Shown here: positions 52,122 to 63,920 of the stretch, in pieces
Layout: each line of letters begins with the position of its first letter
How positions within the stretch are numbered: position 1 is the first letter of the stretch
Source of the DNA: Hypanus sabinus
Taxonomy: Eukaryota
Length of the DNA stretch: 64,000 nt
NCBI RefSeq assembly: GCF_030144855.1
Contig: NC_082726.1
Span: forward strand, 61,318,001-61,382,000
Reading direction: 5' to 3'
Notes under the pieces: generated by a model
Told to the model about the DNA's origin: nothing
The model's database searches: none
The model's input: only the letters and a program-made list of their open reading frames with translations
Program-made: the position numbers and the translations under genes

Positions 52122-52594
52122 CTACGATCGGTTTTGAATTGCCAGAGGATGAGATCACTTTGGCTGCCTGTGGAACCATAAGCCACGTTGAGATCACGCT
52201 GGGTGAGAGTGTCGTCAACCTGTTATTTGATAAATCCAGGTAGGTGATGTTTTGGAAGTAAGTGGCAGCTTGGGGGGGCAGTGAAGGGAGGTAATTTCCG
52301 TGTAGATCAAGCAGCCAGAGGTGCGGCAGGCGGGAGAGGGCTTCCCACGGAAAGCTTGAAATTGCATTGCTGTTCAGGCGCAGTTCCCTCAGTTTGCTCA
52401 GACCACGAAGGCTGTCCGCACTGAAGTAGCTGATGGGATTGAAGGAGACCCTCAGACACTCCAGACTGGAGGCAGAAGAGAATGCTTCTGCGGACACTTC
52501 TTTGATGAACGTTTTCTCGATTACCAGCTTTATCGTGTCAGCAGGCATGTTACTGGGAATCAAAGTCATTTCTGGATTGTTGCACAGTACAGTC
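52122..52594 (-). CDS. LRIT1: LRIT1 coding exon 2 (leucine-rich repeats)
   Basis: Acceptor ttttttatttacAG and donor G|GTAGG. TVLCNNPEMTLIPSNMPADT...LRGLSKLRELRL...FPWEAL...LDLSNNRL matches recalled LRIT1 TVVCNDPDMTLPPASIPPDT. Confidence 0.95.
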
Positions 52595-54668
52595 CTGTAA
52601 ATAAAAAAAGAAAATCTGCTGCTTGTTTAACTGTTCTCTATAGATTGTAAAATAATTCGATAAGCATTTAAAATAACTGAAAACATTGTGGATGCCATTC
52701 AAATTTTCACCCTTCAGCTTTGAAAACTGCTCCATGCAAGAGAGATCTATAATTATCATATATACTAATATAAGATATGACTATATTAATCCTCTTGTTT
52801 TCAGCTTTGATAATCATATTAAATTTTAGACCCAGACAGTCAGCAGTGGCAATTTTTTCCCTGTTATAATGGATGAGTACCATGAAACAAGGGCTGATCA
52901 TTTTGAACACCATGGGCATAGTGATTAGCACAACACCTCACAGTTCCAGTGGCCCGGGTTCAGTCCCCACGCCTGCCTGTAAGGAGCTTGTACTGTGTGA
53001 TCCCATGGGTTTCCTCTGGGTGCTCTGGTTTCCTCCTACAGTCCAAAGAAGTACCATCTGGTAGGATAACTGGTCATTGTAAGTTGTCCCGTGATTAGGC
53101 TAGGGTTAAATTGGTGGTTACTGGGCAGTGTGGTTCAAAGGGTCAGAAAGGCCTATTCCATGCTGTATGCCAATCAATCAATAAATAACCATTTTTTGAA
53201 TCCCTACTGAAATGATGAACAACAACGTTCAGTGATATTATTTGCTGCCAGAGAAGAAGTCAATCGTATTATCCTTAATCATGTCTTTGTACATCACAAA
53301 GAGGAGCAGGGATATGCTACCCAACCCCTTGAGCTTGTAACACCTTTCCTCAAACTCTTGGTTAATCTTGCTCAGCACCAATTTCCAGCACCATTCCCAT
53401 ATTCCTTGATTCCTGTAACGTCAAGAAGTCTATTAGCCTCTTCTTAGAATGCCATTTGGCTTGTTGAATTCCTCCAGTATACTGTTTGCTGACCTTTGTC
53501 TCTCTTGCTGTTGGATCAAAACCTTGTTCCGTGAAGCCCATGTGGCAACTGAAGTAGAAGGGCTACCCCACAGTCTTAGAGCCCAAACCACAGGCTAATT
53601 CCACTTCACAAACTAAAACTTAAGATCTGGAATGTTAAGATCAGCAGCAACAGACCTAACTGTTGTTCTGTTATCATAGCTGGGCACGTCAGATACTTCC
53701 ACATCAACATCACAACACTGAGTGGGACATGGTGGGCAGGAGATAGCCAGCTTCAAGAAGGTCAGTGAGTAGACCTCCTTTTGGTGAGGGTCAGGGTTCG
53801 GAGGAGCAAACAGGAAGAGGAATGGGAAGAGTTTATCATCTGGAGTTCCGTTGCGAGCAGATGGAATCCCTGTGTGAACTGTATTCAAAAGTTTATATAC
53901 GACACATGGTCGAGCATCTTAATGAATGAAAATAACTCGGTAAAAAGTGTAGCCCTGGTGGTTGATGGTTGGGCTGAGTTGTTCTCTGATCTTGGCAATC
54001 CACTTGCAAATGTTTCATCGCTGCATGAGGAGACATCATTCGTGCACTGATTATATCTCCTTGTATGGTGACAAAAATGCAAATGAATTATCAAGATCAG
54101 GGAGTAACTCAACCGAATCTTGATAAATGAATAAGTCACCTCATATCTAATGAGTAAGATCTCCACTGATCATTAAAAGCAAATGCATGAAACTAACAGC
54201 TCAAGTAGAAGTTACTTTTGATCCTGTATTATTGCAATAATATACGTATTTGCCAACAACAGAGAACCTGCTTATCATTTTCCAAAACTGAATGTTACTG
54301 TTACCATTTGACTTTATATAGAATGCTGCATTATAAAAGACAAACTATCAAATATACGGCACAGAGTTCAGAAATTTGAAGTTTGAATTAAGCTTATGAG
54401 GAACATTGTTTGGAGCTTGCGAAATGTTTTCAAAAGTATGTTTATAATTTAGCATACTACAGAGCACATTTACACAGACATTATTCCAGATCATCAGTTA
54501 CAGCCATTTTAAAGAGCACAATCAAAATGAACTGAATTGCAAATGATTACGTTTGTATTAATAATTTAATGTAATAGTATAGATGATTAGCTTCCAAACA
54601 ATGCATGAGCTATCACTCACTTATACTCTCCATTCTTATCTAAGATCAGTTATAAGCTGCTGGGATAC

Positions 54669-54784
54669 CTTGCCTGGTCTTTGCCACTCTGGAAGGTACA
54701 GATGCATTGGGAAGGACACAGACAGACTCCCACAGCTAGACGACCAAAGCACAAACAAGAAAGCAACCAGACGTTGAGCGACAT
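54669..54784 (-). CDS. LRIT1: LRIT1 coding exon 1 (signal peptide and LRRNT); an in-frame upstream ATG lies at 54850
   Basis: MSLNVWLLSCLCFGRLAVGVCLCPSQCICTFQSGKDQA-R, donor AG|GTATC in phase 2. Compare recalled human LRIT1 FCPSQCSC...SKAR. Confidence 0.9.
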
Positions 54785-54919
54785 CTTCCTTGCTGCCCTC
54801 AGCACCAGTGATTCAGAGGTCTCTCCGGCTGAACTCCGTTTCACCAGCATCTCCTGCCTTCACTGCTTACAGTCCCACAGTGCTCATTTGCCACACAGTG
54901 AATCCCGAGATCAAAAGGA

Positions 54920-54975
54920 TAGAAGGGGATTAAGGAGGGCTCTTTAGTTATTTTCACTTAGATGCTTATTGCTTC
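54920..54975 (-). promoter_or_regulatory. Putative LRIT1 promoter CRX site
   Basis: TTAATCC on the minus strand (GGATTAA at 54927-54933), about 145 bp upstream of the likely ATG. Confidence 0.35.
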
Positions 54976-55225
54976 CTGCAAATGTGCAAATGCCATGTGG
55001 CCTAAGCACAGCAGGACAATGAGGCTGGGTAGAGGTCATGGATTAAGGGTGAAAGGTGAAATGTGTAAGGGGAACATGAGGAAGAACTTCTTCACGAAGA
55101 GGGAGGGGACAGTGTGGAGCAAGCTGCTTGTGGAGGTGGTGGATGTGGGTTCAATTTCAACATTTAAGAGATATTTGGATAGGTGCATGGATGTGAGGGG
55201 TATGGAAGGCTGTACACTTGCTCAG

Positions 55226-55443
55226 TGATGCACCATCAATAACTCTCTGAGACGTGAGGTGGGATATCGGCTTTTATTGACTGGAAGAAAGAACAAGCAG
55301 CAATTGACCACCATGCTACATCCTGGAGACTGAGGGCAGGTCTCAGGCCCCAATCGCCTTTATACCGGGGTCTGTGGGAGGAGCCACAGGAGCAGTCAGT
55401 GGGGGGAGCGGCATGTCCAGACAGGTATATGTAGTTCACCACA
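55226..55443 (-). mobile_element. Short solo LTR (218 bp) nested in a Tc1-like element
   Basis: Minus strand reads TGTGGTGAAC...TATAAA...AATAAA...GGTGCATCA. Perfect 5-bp TSD CTCAG (55221-55225, 55444-55448). Confidence 0.85.
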
Positions 55444-55778
55444 CTCAGTAATACAAATACCTGATCAGCCAATCAGCTGGCAGCAACTCAGTGCATAAAA
55501 GCATGCAGACATGGTCAGGAGGTTCAGAGGGATCATCAGAATGGGGGAGAAATGCGATCTCAGTGACTGACTGTGGAATGATTATGGGTGCCAGACAGGG
55601 TAGCTTAAGTATTTCAGAAACTGCTGGGCTCCTGGGATTCTCCTCTGACCTCTCTGGTTAATAAGTTACTTTTGCCCACAGGATGTTGCTCACTGGATGT
55701 CTTTTTGTTTTTCACACCTTTCTCTGTAAACTCTGGAGAAGCTCAATATGTCAGGCAGTATCAAGGGAGGGGAATAAA

Positions 55779-55816
55779 CAGTCGACATTTCGGGCTGAGA
55801 CCTTTCATCAGGACTA
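55779..55816 (-). ncRNA. Minimal hammerhead ribozyme motif (slightly diverged)
   Basis: TAGTC-CTGATGA-AAGGTCTCAGCCC-GAAA-TG-TC-GACTG. Confidence 0.6.
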
Positions 55817-58800
55817 GAAAGGGAGGGGAGAGAAGCAAGAATAAGAAGGTGTGGGAGAGGGGAAGGAGTACAAGCTGGCAGGTGATAGGTGAGGTCAGCT
55901 GAGGGGAAAAGTAAATGGCTGAGGGAGGAGGGAATGAAGTGAGAAGCTGGGAGGTGATTGGTAGAAGAAGTAAAGGACGGAAGAAGAAGAAGGAATCTGA
56001 TAGGAGAGGAGAATGGCCCATGGGAAATAGGGAAAGCAGACAAAGACTGATTAGATATGTTTTAAAGGGCCGTATCTTTTGTACATGCCTTCTTCTTAGG
56101 TAATTACCTATGATTGAGGAAGACTGGCTGTCACTCCGAGCTGCTGTGGAAGTTGTAAAATGCAGACCTTTCAATAGGTGGGCAGGAAGTGCCTGGCAGA
56201 GCTGTGTAGTGGGTAGTTCGTAATATGGGTCACTCTTTCCACTGTTCATTTTATTTATTTGTTTGTCTGTCTATTTATTTATTTATTTATTTATTTATGA
56301 GATGTATCGCAGAATAGGCCCGTCCAGCTCTTTGAGCCAACAGCCCAGCAATCCTCCAATTTAATCACAGGACAACTTACAATGACCAGTTAATCTACCA
56401 ACTGGTACATCTTGGGACCATTGAGCGCAGGAGGAAACCCCTGTGGAGAACATAAAAAAGTCCTTACAGGCAGCGGCAGGAATTGAACCCCAGTAAACTG
56501 TTGTGCCAAGCACTATGTTACCATGCTAAGGTTCTCAATAACATTCTGACTTCTCCTTCTCTACCTAAGGTGATTATGGGCCAGATTTTCAAACAATCAT
56601 TGATATGTTGCATTTAATCGAGGAGGCTTATAAATATAGTACAGAATCCAATCACAAACTGCATCTCCTTCCAATTTCCTTAATCTAGCTCATTGCTCAA
56701 GAATATCTGAAAATCCAAACCAGATGATGGTTCACATATTAAGCATCCTTTGTCATCTGTTATTCTTAAAATTATAGAAAGCATTATTAATTCTAGTGAA
56801 ACCTGATTTCACTGAGATATACTGTGGAGATGGATTATCTCATACACATGGTATGATTGTAGGAACATTCCCATTGACCGTAATATTCGTTTGGTTTCTA
56901 CCTCAAAATCTTTCTAATTTTATGAGAATTGCACTTCATTCCAATAAAATATTGAATTTTTTTTCATGTTTTAATCAATTATTTAGCTGCCAATTTTCTC
57001 CATTCCACTCTCCATGAAGGCCAATGTTTTGTTACGGTTCTTCTTGGATTTTGTTCCTGTGGATAACCAGACTAAATAACTCTCATCATACACGTGTCTA
57101 TTCGGGAGTGGTGAACCTGCTTGACAGCATATACCTAAACTGGCAATAATCTGCCAAAAAATTCTCTTGGGTGTCATGGTAATTTTAAGCAGAGATTATC
57201 ACTGATTAATGAACTAGTACAATAATTAGATAGATAGATAGATACTTTATTGATCCCAAAGGAAATTAAAGTATCACAGTTGAATTACAAGTGCACAGAT
57301 ATAAATACTAGAAGAGAAGTAGAAAGAATAAAAAATAAATTAACACAAACAGTCTAACAGGAGGGGTGGGGGGGCAGTTCATCACTTCCCCGCTATAGGT
57401 TGATTCCTTATAGAGGCTAATGGCCGAGGGTAAGAATAATCTCATATAGCACTCTTTGAAGCAGCACAGTTGTCTTAGTCTGTTACTAAAAGTGCTGCTC
57501 TGTTCAGTCAAGGTGGATGGTGGAATTGCTGGCTTTGTTGCAAAGGTTATAGACGATATGAAGATAGGTGCAGGGGAAGGTAGTTTTGAAGAAGTAGAGA
57601 GGCAACATGAGGACTTAGATTAGGAGAATGGGTAAAGAAATGGCAGGTAAAATAAAGTGTAAGGAAGTGTATGGTCATGCACTTTGGTAGAAGAATGAAA
57701 AGGTTATTTTCTAAATTGAGAGAAAATACAAAAACACTGAGGTGTAAAAGGGCTGGTGGGTCCTTGTGCAGGATTCCCTGAAGGTTAATTTGCAGATTGA
57801 GTCTGTGGTGAAGAAGGGAAATGCAATGTCAGCATTCATTTCAAGAGGACTAGAATATAAAAGCAAGGATGTAATGTTGAGACTTTATAAAGCATTGGTG
57901 AGACCTCAGTTGGAGTATTGTGAGCAGGTTTGGGTGCCTTATATTAGAAAGGACGTGCTAACATTAGGAGATTCACGAAAATGAGTCCAGGATTGAATAG
58001 CCTGTAGTATGAAGAGCGTCTGATGGCTCTGGGCCTGTATTCCCCGGAATTCAGAAGAATGACGGGTGACCTCATTGAAACCTATCGAATGGTGAAAGGC
58101 CTTGACAGAGAGGATGTTTCCTATGGTAGGAGAGTCTAAGACACAGCTGCAGAATAGAGAAGCATCCTTTTAGAACAGAGATAAGGAGGAATTTCTTTAC
58201 CTAGAGAGTGGTAAATCTGTGGAATCCTTTGCCACAGGCAGCTGTGGGGGCCAGGTCTTTATGGTGCATGGGATGCTGTCACATTTCTGTAAGAACAAGC
58301 AAGCAGTAGTACCTCATCTCACATGAATACAGCCAAACGAAAGTGTTACTCTGGGGCCAGGTTGCAAAACACAGCACCAACAGTCAAACACAGCACAAGG
58401 CAAATATAGCACACACATGATTGTGGTAAACACACAGTCACACAAAAATATATGTATTGTAGAGCAGTATTGACAGGAGATCCAGCCTGCGGGGCTTAGC
58501 TTTTTAATCTAACACCAGTTTCAGAGCACTCCCTCACACAGCTTTTGTCACCTCCTCCCATGGGTGGCTGTAAGAGGTGACTCTTCAGTATGAGGGCCTG
58601 GGAGGCCTGGTCCTTGCATTAACCCAAGGCTATGGAGCTCCTCTGCTGACGTCTTGATAATGAACCGGACTTACAGTATCGTGCTTTGTATTATTAATAT
58701 CCAACAGGGTCTTGTGATCATAAGAAATTGTATAATATAATAATTGTATTATTTTTAATAACAATTATAATAAAATAATTAAATAAAATTAATTTAATTT

Positions 58801-60204
58801 TAAAAAGGAAGCACTCAGCTGGTCAGGAAATATCTGTGAAAAAAGAAAGGGGGTTAAAGGTTTCAAGCTGAAAACCATTCTTCTGAACTAGGAAAGAGCT
58901 AAACCAAGTTACATTTAAATTGTATCTAGTTTGTTATTATTTATTTATGTATTGAGATACAGTGAGGTATAGACCCTTCCAGCCCTTCGAGTTGCATTGC
59001 CCAGCAATGCTCCGATTTAATCATAGTTTAATCGTGGGACAACTTATAATGACCAATTAACCCACCAATTGGTACATCTGTGGACTGTGGGCGAAAACCA
59101 GAGGAAAGCCAGACGGTCACAAGGAGAATGTATAAACTCCATACAGGCAGCAGTGGGTGTTGAACCTGGGTCACTCGTACTGTAAAGCACTGTGCTATCA
59201 TGCCACAGTAGAGTGTTGAAGAGAGAGTAAACAAGCAAAGGCACATGGAAATGTGTCAAATATGGGTCAGAATTGCAGGAAATGCTCGTCAGATCAGTCA
59301 GTGTGACTAGAGGAAGAGAAGCTGTGTTAGTATTACAGAGATGTGACCTACAGCCCATTCTGCATTGGGCACATGATTAATAGATGCATGTCCAAAATGG
59401 CATGTGCAAGTTAGCAGGGCTTAGACAATGCATAGAGAAAAACACCAATGTTACTGAAGGTGTACCAAGCACAACAAACATGGAGTGGAGTCAAACACTT
59501 CTTTCACAAGTTGTTTCTTCACCAATCACCAACACTGATAGTTTAGGAATGAAACCAATTAATTCAGCGGTACGCATGGCAGTATACCACACAGTTTTTG
59601 ACTGGTCTGTCAAGAACTGTGAGGTATACAAGACTCAAGATTATTTAATGTCATTTCCAGCACACAAATGCAAAATAATTGCTACCTTAGATCTGATGCA
59701 GCACACTTAAAACACAATAATTTTAAAAATCAATAAATATAAATACAAGAAGTTAGCTTATATACATAGACTGACTGTATAAAGCGATGCTAGGCACAGG
59801 AGTGTCTGTACACAAGGCACTTCTGACAAATGGTATGTGTATTTGAAAGCATGCATTAAATATGCATCTTTCAAAGGTTTACCCTTAAAAGCAGTGAGAT
59901 TTAACTTGCTGCACATGCTCCTGTGTATATTATTTACTTAAGTGTGTTTGATGGCTGCTAAGAACTAGGTAACGTAGTTACCATATATGACATATAACTG
60001 TACCATGCCATCAAGGGTTACTCATGGAGATTGAATTTGTACAAAAGTGGTTGGGAAGCATCTGAACTCAAGCAGTCTCCAACCCTTCCCACAGTGGATT
60101 TGATTTACACTTCTTCACAAAGACCTTGTTGTAACAAAAACACATTTCAGACTTGAAAAAACATGACTTAATAGCCTAAAGTACAAAGCAGTCATGAGAC
60201 ATTT

Positions 60205-60300
60205 TTCTCAGGATTATAAAGTACCCTTGCCCCACCCCCCCCCCTCAGAGTTTACATAAACCATTGGCACATTTTCAAGCTCAGCAAACTGTATTTAAGA
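60205..60300 (+). promoter_or_regulatory. Putative RGR proximal promoter
   Basis: OTX/CRX-type GGATTA (60211-60216), CACCC/C-rich box (about 60229-60244), inverted CCAAT (ATTGG in 60261-60267), MAF half-site TCAGCA (60281-60286) and TATTTAA (60292-60298), about 50 bp upstream of the ATG. Confidence 0.5.
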
Positions 60301-60343
60301 AGCAGTTCTCTCTTCTTGATAAGCAGTGTTGCAGAGTGTAAAG

Positions 60344-60422
60344 ATGGTAACTTCCCATCCATTGACTGAGGGATTCACTGAGTTGGAAGTCTTTGCACTG
60401 GGAACTGCTCTGTTACTGGAAG
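60344..60422 (+). CDS. RGR: RGR (retinal G protein-coupled receptor, photoisomerase opsin) coding exon 1
   Basis: Not in the ORF track. AAGATGG Kozak context, MVTSHPLTEGFTELEVFALGTALLLE, donor G|GTAAT in phase 1. Compare recalled human MAETSALPTGFGELEVLAVGMVLLVE. Confidence 0.92.
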
Positions 60423-60457
60423 GTAATTTTAAACACAAGACATGATGAAAAGCCAGA

Positions 60458-61660
60458 GCAACACACACAAAATGATGGAGGAACTCAGCTGGTCAGGGAG
60501 GATCTATGGAAATGAATCAACAGTCGACGTTTCGGGCCAAGACCCTTCTTCAGGACTGGAAAGGAAGAAGGATGACATCAGAATAAGAAGATGGGGTAGG
60601 GGGGGAGGGCTAGCTAGAAGTTGATGGGTGAAGGCAGGTGGGTGGGAAAGGTAATGAGCTGGAGAAGAAGGAATCTGATATAGAGGGAGAGTGGACCCTG
60701 CAAGAAAGGGATGAAGAAGAGCCACCAAAAGAGAGGTGATAGGCAGTTGAGGAGAAGAGATAAGAGGCCAGAGTGGTGAAGGGGGAGGGAAAAAAGTTAC
60801 CAGAAGGAGAAGCCAATATTCATGGCATCAGGTTGGAGGTTACCTAGAAGGAATATCAGGTGTTACTCCTCCATCCTGAGAGTGGCTTCATTGTGGCAAA
60901 AAAGGAGGTTAAGGACCGTCATGTTGGAACAGTAATGGAGAAAGGAATTAAAATGGCTGACCAACAGGAACTGGTTGGGTCTTTTGTTGATAAAGAAGCA
61001 GAGAGCTTTAAGGCCTTCTTAATGGGAGATAGAAGTGTATAGGGACAGGTCATCCTTGGTGAAAATGAAGCAGTCAGGGGCGGGGAATTGAAAGTTGTTG
61101 AGGAGATAAAAAGCATGTGAAGTGTTGCGAGTGTAGGTGGGAAGGCTCTGAACCAAAGGAGATAGAATGGAGTCCAGATATGCCGACACAAGTTCAGTGG
61201 GCAGGAGCAGGCAGAGGCAATGGGCCTACTGGATAGTCAGGTCTGTGGATCCTGGATCCTGGGCAGGAGGTAGAAATGAGCACTTCTGGATAAAGGAACT
61301 ATGAGTTTGGTGGCAGTGGATGGGAGTTCTCCAGAGTTGATGAGGTTAGTAATGGTGTCAGAGATAATTTTCTGAGTGGCGTCCCTTTCAAGGGGTAAGT
61401 AAGAGGAGGTGTCTGAGTGTTGCTGGCTGGCCTCAGCAAGGTAGGGGTCAGTCCACCACGCTACATCAGCACCCCTTTTGTCTGCTGGTTTGATAGTAAG
61501 GTTGAGATTGGTGTGGAGAGAGTGGAGGGCAATACTGTACGTTCAAAGGGGTTAAGGTTCGAGGAAGAGAAAAGAGCGAAGTCAAACTGGTTGATGTCTC
61601 ATTGGCAACTAGAGATGTAACGATCCAGAGCAGGCAGGGAACCAGAGCTGGGCGTTCAAG
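60458..61660 (-). mobile_element. Penelope-like retroelement fragment (RT remnant plus pseudo-LTR) in RGR intron 1
   Basis: Same terminal sequence as the other copies, an extended degenerate coding remnant, and an intact hammerhead motif. Confidence 0.7.
60521..60558 (-). ncRNA. Minimal type I hammerhead ribozyme motif (Penelope-associated)
   Basis: CAGTC-CTGAAGA-A-GGGT(CTTG)GCCC-GAAA-CG-TC-GACTG: stem I CAGUC/GACUG, CUGANGA core, stem II, GAAA, palindromic ACGU stem III and GUC cleavage triplet. Confidence 0.75.
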
Positions 61661-62449
61661 AGAGCAAGAAGATTTTATATTTGATTTTCCAGTAGTAGGT
61701 TAAATAAATGTACTTTGATTAGGTGCAGTCATATTTGTATGAAATAATCATAACTAATGATACAATCAATAATATCAATCTTATGTCAGATCTATCATAT
61801 TTATTTTCCACTTTCTTTTTCTGTTTTATGGAATATTCATGTCGTCATAATCACAATGTCTGATACCAATATGTGCAGACGTATTTCAGTATAAGCAAGA
61901 TAACATTTCTGCTTGACTTTAGGTGGATTTGTGGACTGGTTATGCAGCAAGCTAAATATTTGCCTTTCATAGCTTTCAGGTATTGCAAACGTTTTCAATA
62001 TTCCAGTGTGTAACAGCAGGGTTGCAGCAGTAAGTGTACCGCTATTTAAAATTCAGAGTGTCAGAGTTCAGAGTTCAATTCCAGCATCCTCTGTAAGCAA
62101 GTGCGTCTGTTCCTTCCCATGTGCATGTGGGCTTCCTCCGGGCATTCTGACTTCCTCGCACAGTCCAAAGACTTACTGTTTAGTAGGTTAATTAGTCATT
62201 GCAAATTGTCCTGTGATTAGGTTAGGGTTAAAATGGTAGATTGCTGGGTGGTGCAGATTGAAGGGCTGGAAGGGGCTGTTTTGTGCTGTACCTCAATAGT
62301 ACCTAAATAAAATAAAAGCGTGATTGCTGTTGTGTCTGTGTGTGTAAGAGGAAGAACTAGTTTGAAAGCAACTCAAAATCTTCTGTTTCCATATTAAAAT
62401 AACCTCAGAGGCTATTTTATTAGTTACCTCTTGTGCCTATTAAAACTGT

Positions 62450-62871
62450 TGTAACATGTGGTTATTTGAATTCCTTGCACCTTCCTGTCAGCTTGAACCT
62501 GTCTGGCCATTCTCCTCTGATCTCTTTTGTTAACAAGGCATTTTTGGCCCCAGAACTGCCACTCGCTTGATATTATATTTCTCACACTATTCTCTGTGAA
62601 CTCTAGAGACCGCTGTGCATGAAAATCAGAGGAGACCGGCAGTTCTTGACATATTCACACCACTTCCAACTGGCACCAACGATCATTCCACAGTGAAAGT
62701 CACTTAGATCACATTGCTTCCCCATTCTGATGTTTGGTCTGAACGACAAATGAACCTCTTGACCATGTCTGCATGCTTCAATGCGTTGAGTTGCTGCCAC
62801 ATGTTTGGCCGATTAGAAATGTGCATTAGTGGCCAGGGGTACAGGTGTACCTAATAAAGGCTACTGAGGGT
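62450..62871 (-). mobile_element. Tc1-derived fragment
   Basis: Same family; ORF 62603..62800 remnant MGKQCDLSDFHCGMIVGA. Confidence 0.75.
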
Positions 62872-63087
62872 AGGTTTGACATGCACACTGCGGTATTCTG
62901 ATACCCATTTCCCAAGATCTCAGTTGGTTGCATCTGTCCTTCAATGGGTTGAAGCAGTTTCTGTTTCTCATCAAAGCTAGATAAGGTATTTTGATTGGAG
63001 TTTTATAACCAAACCTCACTGTGACAGGAATGCTTTACATTGCATTAGTTCAACCACACTCACATTGTGTTTTTCTCTGCTCTGCAG

Positions 63088-63244
63088 CACTCATCGGACT
63101 AGTCCTGAACGGCATAACACTTTTGTCCTTTTATAAGATAAAGGAAATCCAGACATCAAGTAATCTCCTGGTCGCCAGTTTGGCTGTATCTGACTCAGGC
63201 ATCTGTGTGAATGCATTAATCGCTGCATTTTCAAGCTTTTTGAG
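63088..63244 (+). CDS. RGR: RGR coding exon 2 (TM1-TM2); the gene continues beyond the window
   Basis: Acceptor ctctgctctgcAG, donor AG|GTAAA. ALIGLVLNGITLLSFYKIKEIQTSSNLLVASLAVSDSGICVNALIAAFSSFLR; compare recalled human ALSGLSLN...LALADSGISLNALVAATSSLLR. Confidence 0.93.
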
Positions 63245-63373
63245 GTAAACACAGTTTGGATTGAACATAAATATGGAGAATATGTAGCACAGAAGCAAGC
63301 CACTTGGGCAAGGTAATGCACACCAGTGTTTATGCTATCAAAGGGATCTCAAGATAATATATGGTGGCATATA

Positions 63374-63920
63374 CACTCAGTGACCATTTTATTAGGTACC
63401 TCCTGTATCTAATAAAGTTGCCACTGAGTGTATTTCTGTATGTTTGCGGTCTTCGGGCTGTTGAAGCCTATCCACTTCAAAATTTGACATGTGCATTTAG
63501 AGATGCTCTTCTGCACACCACTATTATAATGTGTAGTTATTTGAGTTACTGTCGTCTTCTTGCCAGATTGAGCCAGTCTGGCCGTTTTCCTCTGACCTCC
63601 CTCATTAGCAAAGCACCTTTGCCCACAGAACTGCCGCTCACTGGATATTTCTTTGGTTTCATGCTCCGTTTTCTGTAAGCTCCAGCGACTGCTGTTCATG
63701 AAAATCCCAGTAGATCTGCAGTTTCTGAAATACTCAAACCACCCCACCTGGCACCAACAATTATTCCATGGTCAAAGTCACTTAGATCACGTTTCATTCC
63801 GATTCTGATGTTTGGTCTGAACCTCTTGACTATGTCTGCATACCATTATGCTTTGGGTTGCTGCCACATACTTAGATATTTGCATTAACAAGCAGGTGTA
63901 TCAAATACAGTTGCTGAGTT
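63374..63920 (-). mobile_element. Tc1-derived element with a doubled (palindromic) TIR end, in RGR intron 2
   Basis: Homologous to 42094-42616 in reverse orientation; TA flank at 63372-63373. Confidence 0.8.
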
